Shown: positions 40,582-53,961 of the stretch, one piece after another
How the letters are laid out: every line of letters starts with the position of its first letter
How positions within the stretch are numbered: the first letter of the stretch is position 1
Origin: Candidatus Eiseniibacteriota bacterium
GTDB taxonomy: Bacteria > Eisenbacteria > RBG-16-71-46
Reading direction: 5' to 3'
NCBI GenBank assembly: GCA_044223005.1
Contig: JBGAML010000009.1
Location: 32,001-96,000, forward strand
Length of the DNA: 64,000 nucleotides
Translations under genes and position numbers: made by a program
Notes under the pieces: model-generated
Told to the model about the DNA's origin: nothing
Seen by the model: only the letters and a program-made list of their open reading frames with translations
Database searches by the model: none

Positions 40582-42945
40582 TTGCGCTCGCGAGTTCCAG
40601 TGGCTTCTAAGATCTCCGGTCGACGACAGCAACAGATCCTCGCCGTCCTGCTGGGTGCCCTCGCGGTGCTCGCGGCGGCCAGCGTCGCGACGTTCCGGCT
40701 CCCGGCACCCGAACAGGCGCCCTGGGACACGCCCAACGCCTGCGGGCCGGTCGGGGCGCTGCTCGCCTACGGACTCGTCTGGGCGCTCGGGCGCGCCGCG
40801 GCGTTCGGCGTGCCGCTCCTGGCGTTCGCGTGGGGGTGGAACCGCCTGCGCTCGAACGCCGCCTGGCCGCTCGTCGTGGTGACGGCGCTCGGCAGCCTGA
40901 TGGTGTTCGAGATCTGCACGCTCTTCGGTCTCGGCGGCCTCGACCGCTGGACGTGGGCCGGCGGCTGGGGCCTCGCGGGCGGCATGGCGCTGCACGCCGC
41001 ACTCGGCGCGGTCGGCTCGTGGATCGTCGCCGGCGCTCTGCTGTTCGTGACCGCCCTCGCCGCGAGCGAACTCGGCTTCCACTGGATCGCCCACCTCGCG
41101 CACGGACTCGTGCTGCGGCCCGCGAAGGGCGTCGCCGGCGGTGTCGCCGGGGCGTGGGGCGCATGGCAGGAGCGTCGCGCCGAGGCCGCGAAGCAGGCGG
41201 CGAAGGCCGCGAAGGCCGACGGCAAGAAGAAGAAGGAGAAGCCGGAGAAGCCCGTGCCCGTGCCGGTCGCCGCCAATGGCGCGTCGGCCGCGGCCGCCGA
41301 GGCCGCGCCCGCGCCGCGCATCGCCAGCAGCGTCGCCGTCGCCGAAGCCGACCCCGACGAGGACGAGGGCGACGACGCGCCGGTGCGTACGGTGCCGCCG
41401 CCGGTCATCAAGAAACAGGCGCCGCCCAAGGTGAAGTCGCTCGAGCCGCCGCGGCCCACGGGCCCCGTGCCGACCGAGGCGCTGCCGCCGCTCTCGCTGC
41501 TCGAGCTGCCGGGCCAGCCCGAGGACCTCGTCACCACGGCGGACCTGACCGCGCAGGCCAACCTGCTCGTCACCAAGCTGGGCGAGTTCGACATCGAGGG
41601 CCGCGTCACCGAGATCCACCCCGGGCCGGTCGTGACCATGTTCGAGGTCGAGCCGGCGGCGGGCGTCAAGATGAACCAGATCGTGGCGCTCGAGGACGAC
41701 CTGGCGCTGGCCCTGCGCGCGAGCCGGATCCGCGTGATCGCCCCGCTGCCCGGCCGCGGCACGGTCGGCGTCGAGATCCCGAACCCGCGCCGCCGTACGG
41801 TGTATCTCCGGGAGGTGCTGTCGTCCGATGCCTACGTCAAGAACGGCGCCTCGCTCAAGGTGCCGCTCGGCGTGGACGTGAACGGCAACTCGTTCATCGC
41901 CGACCTCACCAAGATGCCCCACGTCCTGATCGCGGGTTCGACCGGCGCGGGAAAAAGCGTCTGCCTGAACACGGTGATCACCGGTCTGCTCTTCCAGCAC
42001 GACCCCACGGCCCTGCAGATGGTGATGATCGACCCGAAGATGGTGGAGCTCTCCATGTTCAACGGCATCCCGCACCTGGTGATGCCGGTCGTGACCGAGC
42101 CCAAGAAGGCCTCGCGCGCCCTGCGCTGGGCGGTGGGCGAGATGGAGAAGCGCTACAAGCTGCTCGCGAGCTGTGGCGCGCGGAACATCAACACGTACAA
42201 CGAGCGCATCGCCGAGGGGAAGGTGCCGGTGCCCGAGGGCGAGGCGAAGCCGCCGGAGCGGCTCGGCTACGTGGTCGTGATCGTCGACGAGCTCGCCGAC
42301 CTCATGCTCACCGCGCCCGCCGAGATCGAGGAGCCGATCGCGCGGCTCGCGCAGATGGCGCGCGCCGTCGGCATCCATCTCGTGCTCGCGACCCAGCGGC
42401 CGTCGGTCGACGTCATCACCGGCGTCATCAAGGCGAACTTCCCCTCGCGGATCGCCTTCCGCGTCGCGTCCAAGACCGACTCGCGCACGGTGCTCGACAT
42501 GAACGGCGCCGAGAACCTGCTCGGCATGGGCGACATGCTCTTCCTGCCGATGGGCAAGGCGGATCCGTACCGCGTCCACGGCTGCTTCGTGTCCGAGGCC
42601 GAGACGACGCGCGTCGTCGACTTCTGGCGCGCCAAGGCCGCCGCGGCCGCCGCGCCGGCGCCGCCGCCACTCGCCACCGACGTCAACATTCCCGAGACCG
42701 ACGAGGAGGAGGCGGAGGACTCGTTCATGGACGACGAGTTGATCCCCGAGGCCGCGAAGCTCGTGGTGATGCACAACCAGGGTTCCACCTCGCTGCTCCA
42801 GCGCCGGCTCAAGGTGGGCTACTCGCGCGCCGGCCGGCTCATGGACCAGCTCGAGCAGCTCGGCGTCGTGGGCCCGTTCAACGGCAGCAAGGCGCGGGAC
42901 GTGCTCGTGGACCAGAACTGGCTCCAGCAGCGGGGATTCGAGTGA
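40582..42945 (+). CDS. ftsK: DNA translocase FtsK
   Basis: N-terminal TM domain, GSTGAGKS, IVDELADLM, ATQRPSVDVITG, gamma domain LQRRLKVGYSRAGRLMD. Start may be GTG 40600. Confidence 0.96.
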   Translation: MRSRVPVASKISGRRQQQILAVLLGALAVLAAASVATFRLPAPEQAPWDTPNACGPVGALLAYGLVWALGRAAAFGVPLLAFAWGWNRLRSNAAWPLVVVTALGSLMVFEICTLFGLGGLDRWTWAGGWGLAGGMALHAALGAVGSWIVAGALLFVTALAASELGFHWIAHLAHGLVLRPAKGVAGGVAGAWGAWQERRAEAAKQAAKAAKADGKKKKEKPEKPVPVPVAANGASAAAAEAAPAPRIASSVAVAEADPDEDEGDDAPVRTVPPPVIKKQAPPKVKSLEPPRPTGPVPTEALPPLSLLELPGQPEDLVTTADLTAQANLLVTKLGEFDIEGRVTEIHPGPVVTMFEVEPAAGVKMNQIVALEDDLALALRASRIRVIAPLPGRGTVGVEIPNPRRRTVYLREVLSSDAYVKNGASLKVPLGVDVNGNSFIADLTKMPHVLIAGSTGAGKSVCLNTVITGLLFQHDPTALQMVMIDPKMVELSMFNGIPHLVMPVVTEPKKASRALRWAVGEMEKRYKLLASCGARNINTYNERIAEGKVPVPEGEAKPPERLGYVVVIVDELADLMLTAPAEIEEPIARLAQMARAVGIHLVLATQRPSVDVITGVIKANFPSRIAFRVASKTDSRTVLDMNGAENLLGMGDMLFLPMGKADPYRVHGCFVSEAETTRVVDFWRAKAAAAAAPAPPPLATDVNIPETDEEEAEDSFMDDELIPEAAKLVVMHNQGSTSLLQRRLKVGYSRAGRLMDQLEQLGVVGPFNGSKARDVLVDQNWLQQRGFE

Positions 42946-44333
42946 CGTCGAAGCGCCGCTCGTCCTCCACGCCGACGCTCGCGTTCGTGACGCTCGGCTG
43001 CCCGAAGAACCAGGTCGACTCCGAGCACATGCTCGGCGCGCTCGTGCGCGAGGGCTACCGCACGGTGGCCGACCCGGGCGAGGCCGACGTCGCGGTCGTG
43101 AACACGTGCGCGTTCCTGCAGAGCGCGGTGCGCGAGTCGAGCGACGCGATCGAGCAGGTGGCGAGCCTCAAGGCGCGCGGCCGGCTGCGCGCGCTCGTCG
43201 TCACCGGCTGCCTCGCGCAGCGCGAGGGCGCGGCGCTGCTCGAGCGCTTCCCCGAGGTCGACGCGGTGCTCGGCACCGGGCACTGGCAGGACATCGGCGC
43301 CGCGGTCCGGCACGCGCTCGACGGCGCGGCCGAGCGGGTCGCGCGCACGGACGATCCCGGCGGCGCGATCGCGGACCTGGCGCCGCGCGCGCTCAGCACG
43401 CCGCGGCACATCGCCTACCTCAAGATCAGCGAAGGCTGCGATCACCGCTGCACCTTCTGCATCATCCCGCGCCTGCGCGGCGACCAGAATAGCCGCACGC
43501 TCGAGTCGCTCGTCGAGGAGGCGGAGCAGCTCGCGAAGCTGGGCGTGCGCGAGCTGAACCTGATCGGCCAGGACACGACCGGCTGGGGCACCGACCTGCC
43601 CGGCACGCCGCAGCTCGCGGACCTGCTTCGGGCGCTCGACTCGGTCGAGGGTCTCGAGTGGATCCGCGTCCAGTACACGTATCCGCGGCTCTGGAGCGAC
43701 CGGCTGATCGAAACGTGGGCCGGGGCGCGCCGCATCGTGCCCTACGTGGACATGCCGCTGCAGCACATCGCGCAGGAGGTCCTGCGCCGCATGGGCCGCG
43801 CGATGACCGAACGCGACACGCGCGCGCTGGTGCGCCGGATCAAGGACGGCATCCCCAGTGTGGCGTTCCGCACCAACTTCATCGTAGGTTTCCCGGGAGA
43901 AACCGAGGAGGAGTTCGAGACGCTCGTTCGCTACGTGGAGGAGGAACCTTTCGACAACGTGGTCGTCTTCGCCTACGAGCGTGAGCCCGAGACGCCGTCG
44001 CACGCCATGACCCCGCGGGTGGCGCTGAATACCCGCCGGTCGCGGCGCGCGCGGTTGCTCGCGCGCCAGCAGCAGCTCTCCCGCGAACGGCTCGCCCGCC
44101 GCATCGGCGATGTCGTGCCGGTGATGGTCGACGGGCCCGCCGGCGGGCGCGAGGGGCTGTGGGCGGCGCGGACGCCGGGCTCGGCGTGGGAGGTGGATGG
44201 TGGCGTCGTCGTCGAAGGGGAAGACCTGGTTCCGGGGGAGGTCGTGCCGGCGCGCATCGTCGGTGCGTCCGCCTACGACCTGTTCGCGCGCGTGGAACGG
44301 CCGTCCGATCCCGCGCTTCACGTCCTGAGCTGA
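42942..44333 (+). CDS. rimO: Ribosomal protein S12 methylthiotransferase RimO
   Basis: LGCPKNQVDSE, NTCAF, GCLAQR, radical SAM CDHRCTFC, TRAM end; GTGA overlap. Confidence 0.93.
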   Translation: MTSKRRSSSTPTLAFVTLGCPKNQVDSEHMLGALVREGYRTVADPGEADVAVVNTCAFLQSAVRESSDAIEQVASLKARGRLRALVVTGCLAQREGAALLERFPEVDAVLGTGHWQDIGAAVRHALDGAAERVARTDDPGGAIADLAPRALSTPRHIAYLKISEGCDHRCTFCIIPRLRGDQNSRTLESLVEEAEQLAKLGVRELNLIGQDTTGWGTDLPGTPQLADLLRALDSVEGLEWIRVQYTYPRLWSDRLIETWAGARRIVPYVDMPLQHIAQEVLRRMGRAMTERDTRALVRRIKDGIPSVAFRTNFIVGFPGETEEEFETLVRYVEEEPFDNVVVFAYEREPETPSHAMTPRVALNTRRSRRARLLARQQQLSRERLARRIGDVVPVMVDGPAGGREGLWAARTPGSAWEVDGGVVVEGEDLVPGEVVPARIVGASAYDLFARVERPSDPALHVLS

Positions 44334-45104
44334 ATGAGGATCCATCGGATGCGTGCACGTATGGGCGGATTGCCGCTCGCGCTGCTGGCCGTCGCGTTCC
44401 TGGCTTCGGCGGCACACGCCGGCAAGTTCCGCTACGCCAGCGGCCCCAAGGTCCCGGCCGACACCGCGCTCTACGTCGGGAACGCCTACCTCGAGCCCGT
44501 GGTGAGCTCGCGGGGCCAGCGCGTGCCCTACACGAACCTCCAGCTGGTCGCGTTCGTCGCGGATTCCGCGGCGCCGCGCGCGCTGGCCTCCGCGCCGCTC
44601 GAGAGCGGCCAGCACGTGGTGCTGTCGCCGGCGCGCGCACACCCGCTCGACTTCGTCGCCGAACGCAGCCTGCTCGCGGCGCTCACCGCCCGCGGCGTCC
44701 AGGTCACCGTGCGCCACACGCCGGTGCCCGACGACAGCGTGTCGCTGCTGTACGCGCGCCCCGGCGATCCGCTGCTCGAGTACACCCTGGGCTCGGCCAA
44801 GGTGTCGTACGTGCGGCTGGTCGGCTGGCTGCCGGGCCGCGTCAAGATCGAGCGCCAGGCGCTGGTGCAGGGCAACCTCGTGATGCGCGACCCCACGACC
44901 TCGCGCGTCCTGTGGTCCGGTGACGTCGGCTACTCGTTCGTCGACCGCTTCCCGCGCAACAAGCAGTCGGTGGTCGAGGACGCGCGCTACACCGACCTCA
45001 AGGACGACGTGCCCGGCCGCAGCATCGACAAGCTCGCCGAGCCGGTGATCGTGCTCGCGATCGTCGGCGGCCTGATCGCGCTCTTCTTCCAGAACAAGCC
45101 GTGA
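44334..45104 (+). CDS. Hypothetical exported protein with C-terminal membrane anchor
   Basis: Signal peptide; C-terminal EPVIVLAIVGGLIALFF; operonic. Start may be 44349 or 44361. Confidence 0.7.
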   Translation: MRIHRMRARMGGLPLALLAVAFLASAAHAGKFRYASGPKVPADTALYVGNAYLEPVVSSRGQRVPYTNLQLVAFVADSAAPRALASAPLESGQHVVLSPARAHPLDFVAERSLLAALTARGVQVTVRHTPVPDDSVSLLYARPGDPLLEYTLGSAKVSYVRLVGWLPGRVKIERQALVQGNLVMRDPTTSRVLWSGDVGYSFVDRFPRNKQSVVEDARYTDLKDDVPGRSIDKLAEPVIVLAIVGGLIALFFQNKP

Positions 45105-46000
45105 CGGTCTCTTCCCGTCGCTCCCCGTCAGGAGGTTTCTTGAATCCGTCTCTCCGGGCCGCTCTCGCGGGGCTCGTGCTCGCCGTGCTGGCCGCAGGCT
45201 GTGGCGCGTCGATCGTGCCGCAGATCCGCAACGACGCCGACCGGCTCACGGTCGCGCGCCGGCTGCACGACCAGGGCGAGAACGCCGTGGTGGTGGAGGT
45301 GTTGAGTGCCTACACCACGACCAGTGGTGGCAGCGCCGACATCGACCAGGCCGTGTACCTGCTGGGGCTCGCGTACCTGTCGCAGAAGGACTGGGTGAAC
45401 GCGCAGACGCAGTTCGAGCGCGTGACGCGCGACTACCCCGAGAGCGACAGCGCCGTCGCCGCCGCGTACCACCTCGGCGAAGCGATGCTCGGCCAGTCGC
45501 GCGGTCCCGACTTCGACCAGGAATACACGCTCAAGGCGATGTCGCAGTGGCAGCGGATCGTCGCCGACGTTCCCGGCACCGAATGGGCCGACCGCGCGCA
45601 GGCGCGCGTGGCCGAGTGCCGCGCGAAGCTGGCGCGCAAGCTCTGGCGCAACGGCGACCTGTACGTGAAGCAGAACCTGTACGAGCCCGCGCTCATCTAC
45701 TTCCGCAGCATCATCACGGACTACTCCGACACGCCGGTGCTGGGGGATGCGCTGATCGGCCTCGCGGTCGCGGACGCGCGCCTCGGGCGCAAGGACACGG
45801 CGCTCGTGATCCTCGGCGACTTGCAGAAGCGCTTCGAGGGGCACGAACTCGGGCTGCGCGCGTCGGAGATGCGCGCGAAGGTGGAGAAGTGGCCGGCGGC
45901 GGGGGACACGAAGCACCTCCGCCACCGCAGCGTCGAGCAGGCCCAGCCCACGCCGCAGAGCGTGACGCCGGGCAACTCGTCGAACCCGTTCGGCTCGTGA
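45101..46000 (+). CDS. bamD: Outer membrane assembly lipoprotein BamD
   Basis: Lipobox LAAGC; TPRs with YPES, DFDQEYT, LARK...LY...YEPA motifs. Confidence 0.8.
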   Translation: MTVSSRRSPSGGFLNPSLRAALAGLVLAVLAAGCGASIVPQIRNDADRLTVARRLHDQGENAVVVEVLSAYTTTSGGSADIDQAVYLLGLAYLSQKDWVNAQTQFERVTRDYPESDSAVAAAYHLGEAMLGQSRGPDFDQEYTLKAMSQWQRIVADVPGTEWADRAQARVAECRAKLARKLWRNGDLYVKQNLYEPALIYFRSIITDYSDTPVLGDALIGLAVADARLGRKDTALVILGDLQKRFEGHELGLRASEMRAKVEKWPAAGDTKHLRHRSVEQAQPTPQSVTPGNSSNPFGS

Positions 46001-46608
46001 GCGGACGGGCCGCGCCCCGGCGCCTCGGCGTGTTCGGCGGGACGTTCGACCCGCCGCACGTCGGCCATCTCGCGCTCGCCGAGTGCGCGCGCGAGGAGCT
46101 GGCGCTGGACCACGTGCTGTTCGTGCCCGCGGGCACGCCGCCACACAAGCGCGGCGCACGGACGCCGGCCGCGGCACGGCTGGCGATGACGCGGCTCGCG
46201 GTGCGCGGTCACCGCGGCTTCGCCGTGAGCGACCTCGAACTGCGCCGCGACGGCCCGTCGTACACCGCCGACACGCTGCGGACGCTCGCGGCGAAGTGGC
46301 CCCGCACGAAGCTCGTGCTGCTCGTGGGCGCCGACATGTTCGCGACGCTCGGCGCGTGGCGCGAGCCGCGTGCGATCGCTGCGCTCGCCGAGATCGCGGT
46401 GGCGGTCCGCCCCGGGACGCGCCGGCCGAAGGCCGGGGCGTGGGCGCGCGGCGGCCGCGGCGTGCACTGGCTGCACAACGCCGCGCTCGACGTGTCGTCG
46501 CGCGAGGTCCGCACGCGTGCCCGCGCCGGGCGCAGCCTGCGCTATCTGGTGCCCGACCCGGTCGCGCGCTACGTCGTGCGGCACCGGCTCTACCGGGAGG
46601 ACGCGTGA
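45997..46608 (+). CDS. nadD: Nicotinate-nucleotide adenylyltransferase
   Basis: GGTFDPPHVGH, PPHK, SYTADT, GAD, VSSREVR motifs. Confidence 0.95.
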   Translation: MSGRAAPRRLGVFGGTFDPPHVGHLALAECAREELALDHVLFVPAGTPPHKRGARTPAAARLAMTRLAVRGHRGFAVSDLELRRDGPSYTADTLRTLAAKWPRTKLVLLVGADMFATLGAWREPRAIAALAEIAVAVRPGTRRPKAGAWARGGRGVHWLHNAALDVSSREVRTRARAGRSLRYLVPDPVARYVVRHRLYREDA

Positions 46609-47336
46609 CGTACCGGCCGCGGGAGTTCTGGGAGCAGCGCCTGAGCGAGCAGTTCGACCTGCGCGGCACGGGCGAGACGAGCATGAGCGCGGCGTACAAC
46701 GACGCCTGCTACGTATTGCGCCGCGAGGTGCTCGACCGCACGCTCGCCGAAGCGGGCATCGACCCGCGCGGCAAGGACGTGCTCGACGTGGGCTGCGGCA
46801 GCGGCTTCTGGACGAACTACTACGTGAGCCGCGGCGCGCGCTACACCGGCGTCGACATCGCCGAGGCCAGCGTGCAGCGCCTGCGCGAACGCTGGCCGCA
46901 GGCGAACTTCCTGCGCGCCGACGTCGGCGGCGACGACGTGCCGGGGAGCTACGACGTCGTCAACGTGTTCGACGTGCTGTACCACATCACCGACGACGCT
47001 CGCTGGGAGGCCGCGGTCCAGCGGCTCGGCCGCGCGCTCAAGCCCGGTGGCGTCCTGCTCGTCACCGACACGTTCGCCGACACGCCCGGCCTGCAGTCGC
47101 ACAACAAGATGCGCGCGCTCGCGCGCTACCGGGCCGCGCTCGAGGCGACGGGCCTGCGTTTCGAGTGGAGCGAGCTGCGCCCGACGCACGTGCTGCTCAA
47201 CATCCACCTCGGCTTCTGGCGGTTCCTCAACCGAGCCCCGGGACTGCTGCTCGCGCTCGACCGCACGCTGCTCGCGCTGGGCGCCGGCCGCGACGAACAC
47301 CACAACCGCCTGGTGGCGATCCGCCGCGTCGGCTGA
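46605..47336 (+). CDS. Class I SAM-dependent methyltransferase
   Basis: VLDVGCGSG, GVDI, FDVLYHI, LKPGG. Confidence 0.9.
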   Translation: MTYRPREFWEQRLSEQFDLRGTGETSMSAAYNDACYVLRREVLDRTLAEAGIDPRGKDVLDVGCGSGFWTNYYVSRGARYTGVDIAEASVQRLRERWPQANFLRADVGGDDVPGSYDVVNVFDVLYHITDDARWEAAVQRLGRALKPGGVLLVTDTFADTPGLQSHNKMRALARYRAALEATGLRFEWSELRPTHVLLNIHLGFWRFLNRAPGLLLALDRTLLALGAGRDEHHNRLVAIRRVG

Positions 47337-47356
47337 CTGCACCTCCCGAATGGACG

Positions 47357-47386
47357 ACGCCCGCGGACCGGATGGTCCGCGGGCGT
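47357..47386. terminator. Hairpin between convergent genes
   Basis: acgcccgcggacc-ggat-ggtccgcgggcgt. Confidence 0.6.
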
Positions 47387-47409
47387 TCGTGTTCTCGCGG
47401 CGGTGCGAC

Positions 47410-48348
47410 CTACCGGTACCGTGCCTTGAGCGCTCCCCATGTCGTGTTCGCGGTCGGCGTCGGGGCGCTCGGGCTGAAGATCTGGATGCTGTAGTGGTAG
47501 GTGTCGCTCACCCAGATGTTGCCCATCTGGGTCACCGCGACGCCCCACGGGTTGTAGAACGTGGCCGCGGTACCCCACTGCAGCACGGGCGTGCCGTTGG
47601 CGCGGAACTTCTCGATGCGGTTGTTGAGCTGGTCGGTCACGTAGAGATCGCCGGAGACCGGGTCGCGGCCGAGGCCGACGGGGAAGTGGAACTGCCCGAG
47701 AGCGGTGCCGAGCGAACCGAACGACGAGAGGAAGTTGCCGGTCGCGGAGAAGCGGTCGACGCGGTTGTTCATCTCGTTCGCAACCAGCACTTCGCCCGTC
47801 GCGGGCTCGACCACGATGCCGAACGGGTAGTCGAGCTGCCCCGCGCCCGAGCCCTGCGTGCCGAAGCTGGACAGGAACGCGCCATTGCGATCGAAGATCG
47901 ACACGCGCCCGCCCCAGAGTTCGGTGACGTACAGCTTCGAGTAGTCACTCGAGAACGCGAGGTTCGTGGGCAACAGGAGTTCGCCCGGGCCGGAGCCGTA
48001 GCCGCCCCACGTCGCGACGGGGTGCATGAACCGGTCGTACTTGCGGACCAGGTGCGCGTGCTGCTCGGCGACGTAGAGATTGAGCGAGTCGTCGAGCGCC
48101 ACACCGGTCGGCTGGTCGAGCCCGGCGATCGCGATCGGGCCGAAGTTCCCGAGTTCGTCCAGGGTGACGACCTGGCCGAGGTCCTGGAGCGGGACGTAGA
48201 TCGTGCCGCCGGGGGCCTGTGCGATCTGGCCCGGCCGCACCTTGAAGCCACAATAGATGGAGCCGATCTGTTGCGGAATCGGGTCGGCGTGGACGGTCGG
48301 GGGAATGAGCAGACCCGCGAGCACGAGGAGCGAGTACCACTTGCGCAT
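47410..48348 (-). CDS. Secreted NHL-repeat protein with C-terminal TWGALKARYR motif (312 aa)
   Basis: GGAGGA RBS; signal peptide; GQLDYPFGI, GQFHFPVGL, FYNPWGV repeats. Confidence 0.88.
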   Translation of the reverse strand: MRKWYSLLVLAGLLIPPTVHADPIPQQIGSIYCGFKVRPGQIAQAPGGTIYVPLQDLGQVVTLDELGNFGPIAIAGLDQPTGVALDDSLNLYVAEQHAHLVRKYDRFMHPVATWGGYGSGPGELLLPTNLAFSSDYSKLYVTELWGGRVSIFDRNGAFLSSFGTQGSGAGQLDYPFGIVVEPATGEVLVANEMNNRVDRFSATGNFLSSFGSLGTALGQFHFPVGLGRDPVSGDLYVTDQLNNRIEKFRANGTPVLQWGTAATFYNPWGVAVTQMGNIWVSDTYHYSIQIFSPSAPTPTANTTWGALKARYR

Positions 48349-48583
48349 GCTGTCCTCCACGAACGCGGTGCGGATGCCACGGAGTGAAGCGTCCGTTCGG
48401 GAGACCGGGACAGCGGCCTGCCCGAATTCACCCTCAAGCGTAGCGCGTGCAGAACCCTCGGCACAACCGGGCCGATGGTCGCCCGCGCGCGCGCTGTGCT
48501 AGCGTGACGGTGGCTCGCCCCGCGCCGCTGGCGGCGGGGCCGTCCGGCGGGGCCGCGCGATCGCGGCCGGGTGGAGGAACGCG

Positions 48584-49951
48584 ATGGCGCATGCGGGAGT
48601 GGAGCGACGGATCGCCGGGATCCCGGTGCCCCCGGGAGGACGTGCGCTCGTCCTGGGGGATTCCGCCCTCGCGCCCGCCCTGCGCGCGCGCGGCTGGGAC
48701 GTGCTCGCACGCACGTCGCCCGAGCCGCTCGACCTCCCGGACGCCCACGTTCAGCTCGCCGTCGTGGCTGGCGTGTTCGGGCGCCACGAATGGGACCGCT
48801 GGCTGCTGCAGGAGCTCGAACGCGTGCTCGCGCCGGGGGGCGTGCTCGTGGCGACCGTGCCCAACCTGACGAGCCTCGTCTCGCCCTCGGACTGGGCGTT
48901 CTTCGCGGGACGGGCGCTGGTCGCGGCCCGCCGGCGCGCCGCGAAGCTCGCGGGACGGCCGGCGCCGGCGTTCGGCTTTTCGGGGCGGCGCTACCGGATC
49001 GCGCAGTTCCTCGCGCTGCTGCCGCCGCTCGGATTCGCGGACGTGACCTGCGATCCGGCGCCGGCAGGCGCGGCGCCGGCCGTGCGCGAGTACGTGGTCT
49101 CGGCGCGCGCGACGGCGAGCCGCTTCGGCGAACACCCCGAGCGGCCGTGGCCGGACGCTGCGGCACACCGCGCGCGCTACGAGGCCGCGAATCCCGCGTT
49201 CCTCGCGCATCGCGACGCGTGGGTGCGCGCGCATCCGGCGATCCCGCTCGGCGCGCCGCGCGAGCTCGACCCGGCGGCGTTCGCGGGCCGCGACGTGCTC
49301 GTGCTCGCGCCGCATCCGGACGACGAGGTGATCGGCGCGGGCGGCACGCTCTCGCGCCTCGTGGCCGCGGGAGCGCGCGTGACGGCGCTGCAGGCGACCG
49401 ACGGCAGCGAGGGCGCGGCGCTGCGTGACGCCTCCGACGCCGACCGGCGCCGCATCCGGCTCGACGAGGCGGCGGCGGTCGCGCGGGCGGCGGGCTTTTC
49501 GCACGTGGAGTTCTGGCGCGAGGACAACGGCCACTTCCGCGCGACCGACGGCTGCGTCACACGCATGCGCGAGCTGCTCGCGCGCGTCCGGCCGGCCCTG
49601 GTGTTCACTCCGTTCGTCGCGGACATTCATCCCGACCACGGCACCCTGAACCGCATCCTCGCGCGTGCGCTCGACGACGCCTCGCCGGCGCGCGTGCTGC
49701 AGTACGAGGTGTGGGGGCTGGTGCCGGCGAACACGTGGTGCGACGTCACCACGCGCGGCGCCGAGCTCGAGCGTCTGCTGCGGCTCTACCCGACGGCGAT
49801 GAAGGTCGACGACTTCGTCCACTTCTGCGAGGACCGGAACCACTGGCACGCGATCGCGCTCGCGGGCCGCGGCGGCCTCGCCGAAGCGTTTCTCGAAACC
49901 TCCGCGGCCGATTTCCGGCGCGTCGCGGACGAACCGGTGGCCGGCTCATGA
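48584..49951 (+). CDS. Degenerate methyltransferase-like domain fused to PIG-L/LmbE deacetylase
   Basis: ELERVLAPGGVLVATVPN; APHPDDEVIGAGG; HPDH; YEVW. Confidence 0.85.
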   Translation: MAHAGVERRIAGIPVPPGGRALVLGDSALAPALRARGWDVLARTSPEPLDLPDAHVQLAVVAGVFGRHEWDRWLLQELERVLAPGGVLVATVPNLTSLVSPSDWAFFAGRALVAARRRAAKLAGRPAPAFGFSGRRYRIAQFLALLPPLGFADVTCDPAPAGAAPAVREYVVSARATASRFGEHPERPWPDAAAHRARYEAANPAFLAHRDAWVRAHPAIPLGAPRELDPAAFAGRDVLVLAPHPDDEVIGAGGTLSRLVAAGARVTALQATDGSEGAALRDASDADRRRIRLDEAAAVARAAGFSHVEFWREDNGHFRATDGCVTRMRELLARVRPALVFTPFVADIHPDHGTLNRILARALDDASPARVLQYEVWGLVPANTWCDVTTRGAELERLLRLYPTAMKVDDFVHFCEDRNHWHAIALAGRGGLAEAFLETSAADFRRVADEPVAGS

Positions 49952-51032
49952 GCGACACGACGCGCGCCCCGCGCGACTGGGCGATCGCCCCGTACGCGCC
50001 GGGCGACGAGGCGAAGATCCTCGAGATGTTCAACACCGAGTTCGGCCGCTCGCGCTCGATCGAGCACTGGCGGTGGAAGTTCGGCACGAACCCGTACGGC
50101 GGCCCGTTCATCACGCTCGCGTGGCGGACGGCGGACCAACACCTCGTCGGCAACCACGTCCTGATGCCGTTCCCGCTGAACGTGCTCGGCCGCCAGGTGC
50201 TCGCGGGGCACTCGCTCGATCTCGTGGTGCGGCCGTCGCACTGGGGGCAGGGCATCTTCGAGGTCGCGGGCAAGGACTCGATCGAGCGGCTGCACGCGCA
50301 GGGCGGGCGCGCGGTGGTCGCGTTCCCCAACGTGTCCTCGTACCCGGGCTTCGTGCGTTCGCTCGGCTGGAACCGGATCCTGTTCCCGGAGCTCTGGACG
50401 CTGCGGCTCGACCTGGGCCGCGCGATCGAGCGCAAGCTCGAGCTGGGCCCGCTCGCCGCACTGGCGGGGCTGCCCTCGCGGATCGCGCGCGGTGCGTCGC
50501 TCGCCGCACAGCTGGGCGGGCTCGCGCACGGCCCGGTGGGCGCGCTCGCGTTCCGTTCGGACGCGGCACTGCCCGCGGACACGGACGCGCTCTGGAACGC
50601 GATCCGCTCGCAGGAAGTGATCTCGCTCTGGAAGGACGCGCGCTACCTCGACTGGCGCTACGTCCGCAATCCCGACCACCGGTTCCGCTTCGAATCGCTC
50701 GCGGGCGAGGACGGCACCGCGGCGCTCGCGGTCACGGTGGAGAAGGACGACGCCGTGATGATCTGCGAGCTGCTCGTGCGCGGGCGCTCGGTGCCGGTGG
50801 GGCGGCGGCTCGTACTCGAGATCGCACGCCGCGCGCTCGGGGCCCGGGCGCGGGCGCTGCAGTTCTTCGGCCACGACGCCGGCTACTTCGCCGAGGTGTT
50901 CGCGGGATTCGAGCGGCGCACGGCGTTCGAGAACGTGTTCGTGGGCCGCTCGCTCGCGGCCGACGACCTGGACCAGCGCCTCGCGAATCCGCACAACTGG
51001 ACGCTCACCTACGGCGACGCGGACTTCGTCTG

Positions 51033-51033
<1 letters not shown>
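49948..51033 (+). CDS. GNAT family N-acyltransferase
   Basis: WRWKFGTNP, DLVVRPSHWGQGIF, FPN, YLDWRY, GDADF end; ATGA overlap. Confidence 0.8.
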
Positions 51034-53897
<2,864 letters not shown>

Positions 53898-53961
53898 GAC
53901 GGTTCCGGCCCCTGCGGCGCGCGATCGCGGGGGCCGGGAACGTCGGCGCGCGGAGGACCGG

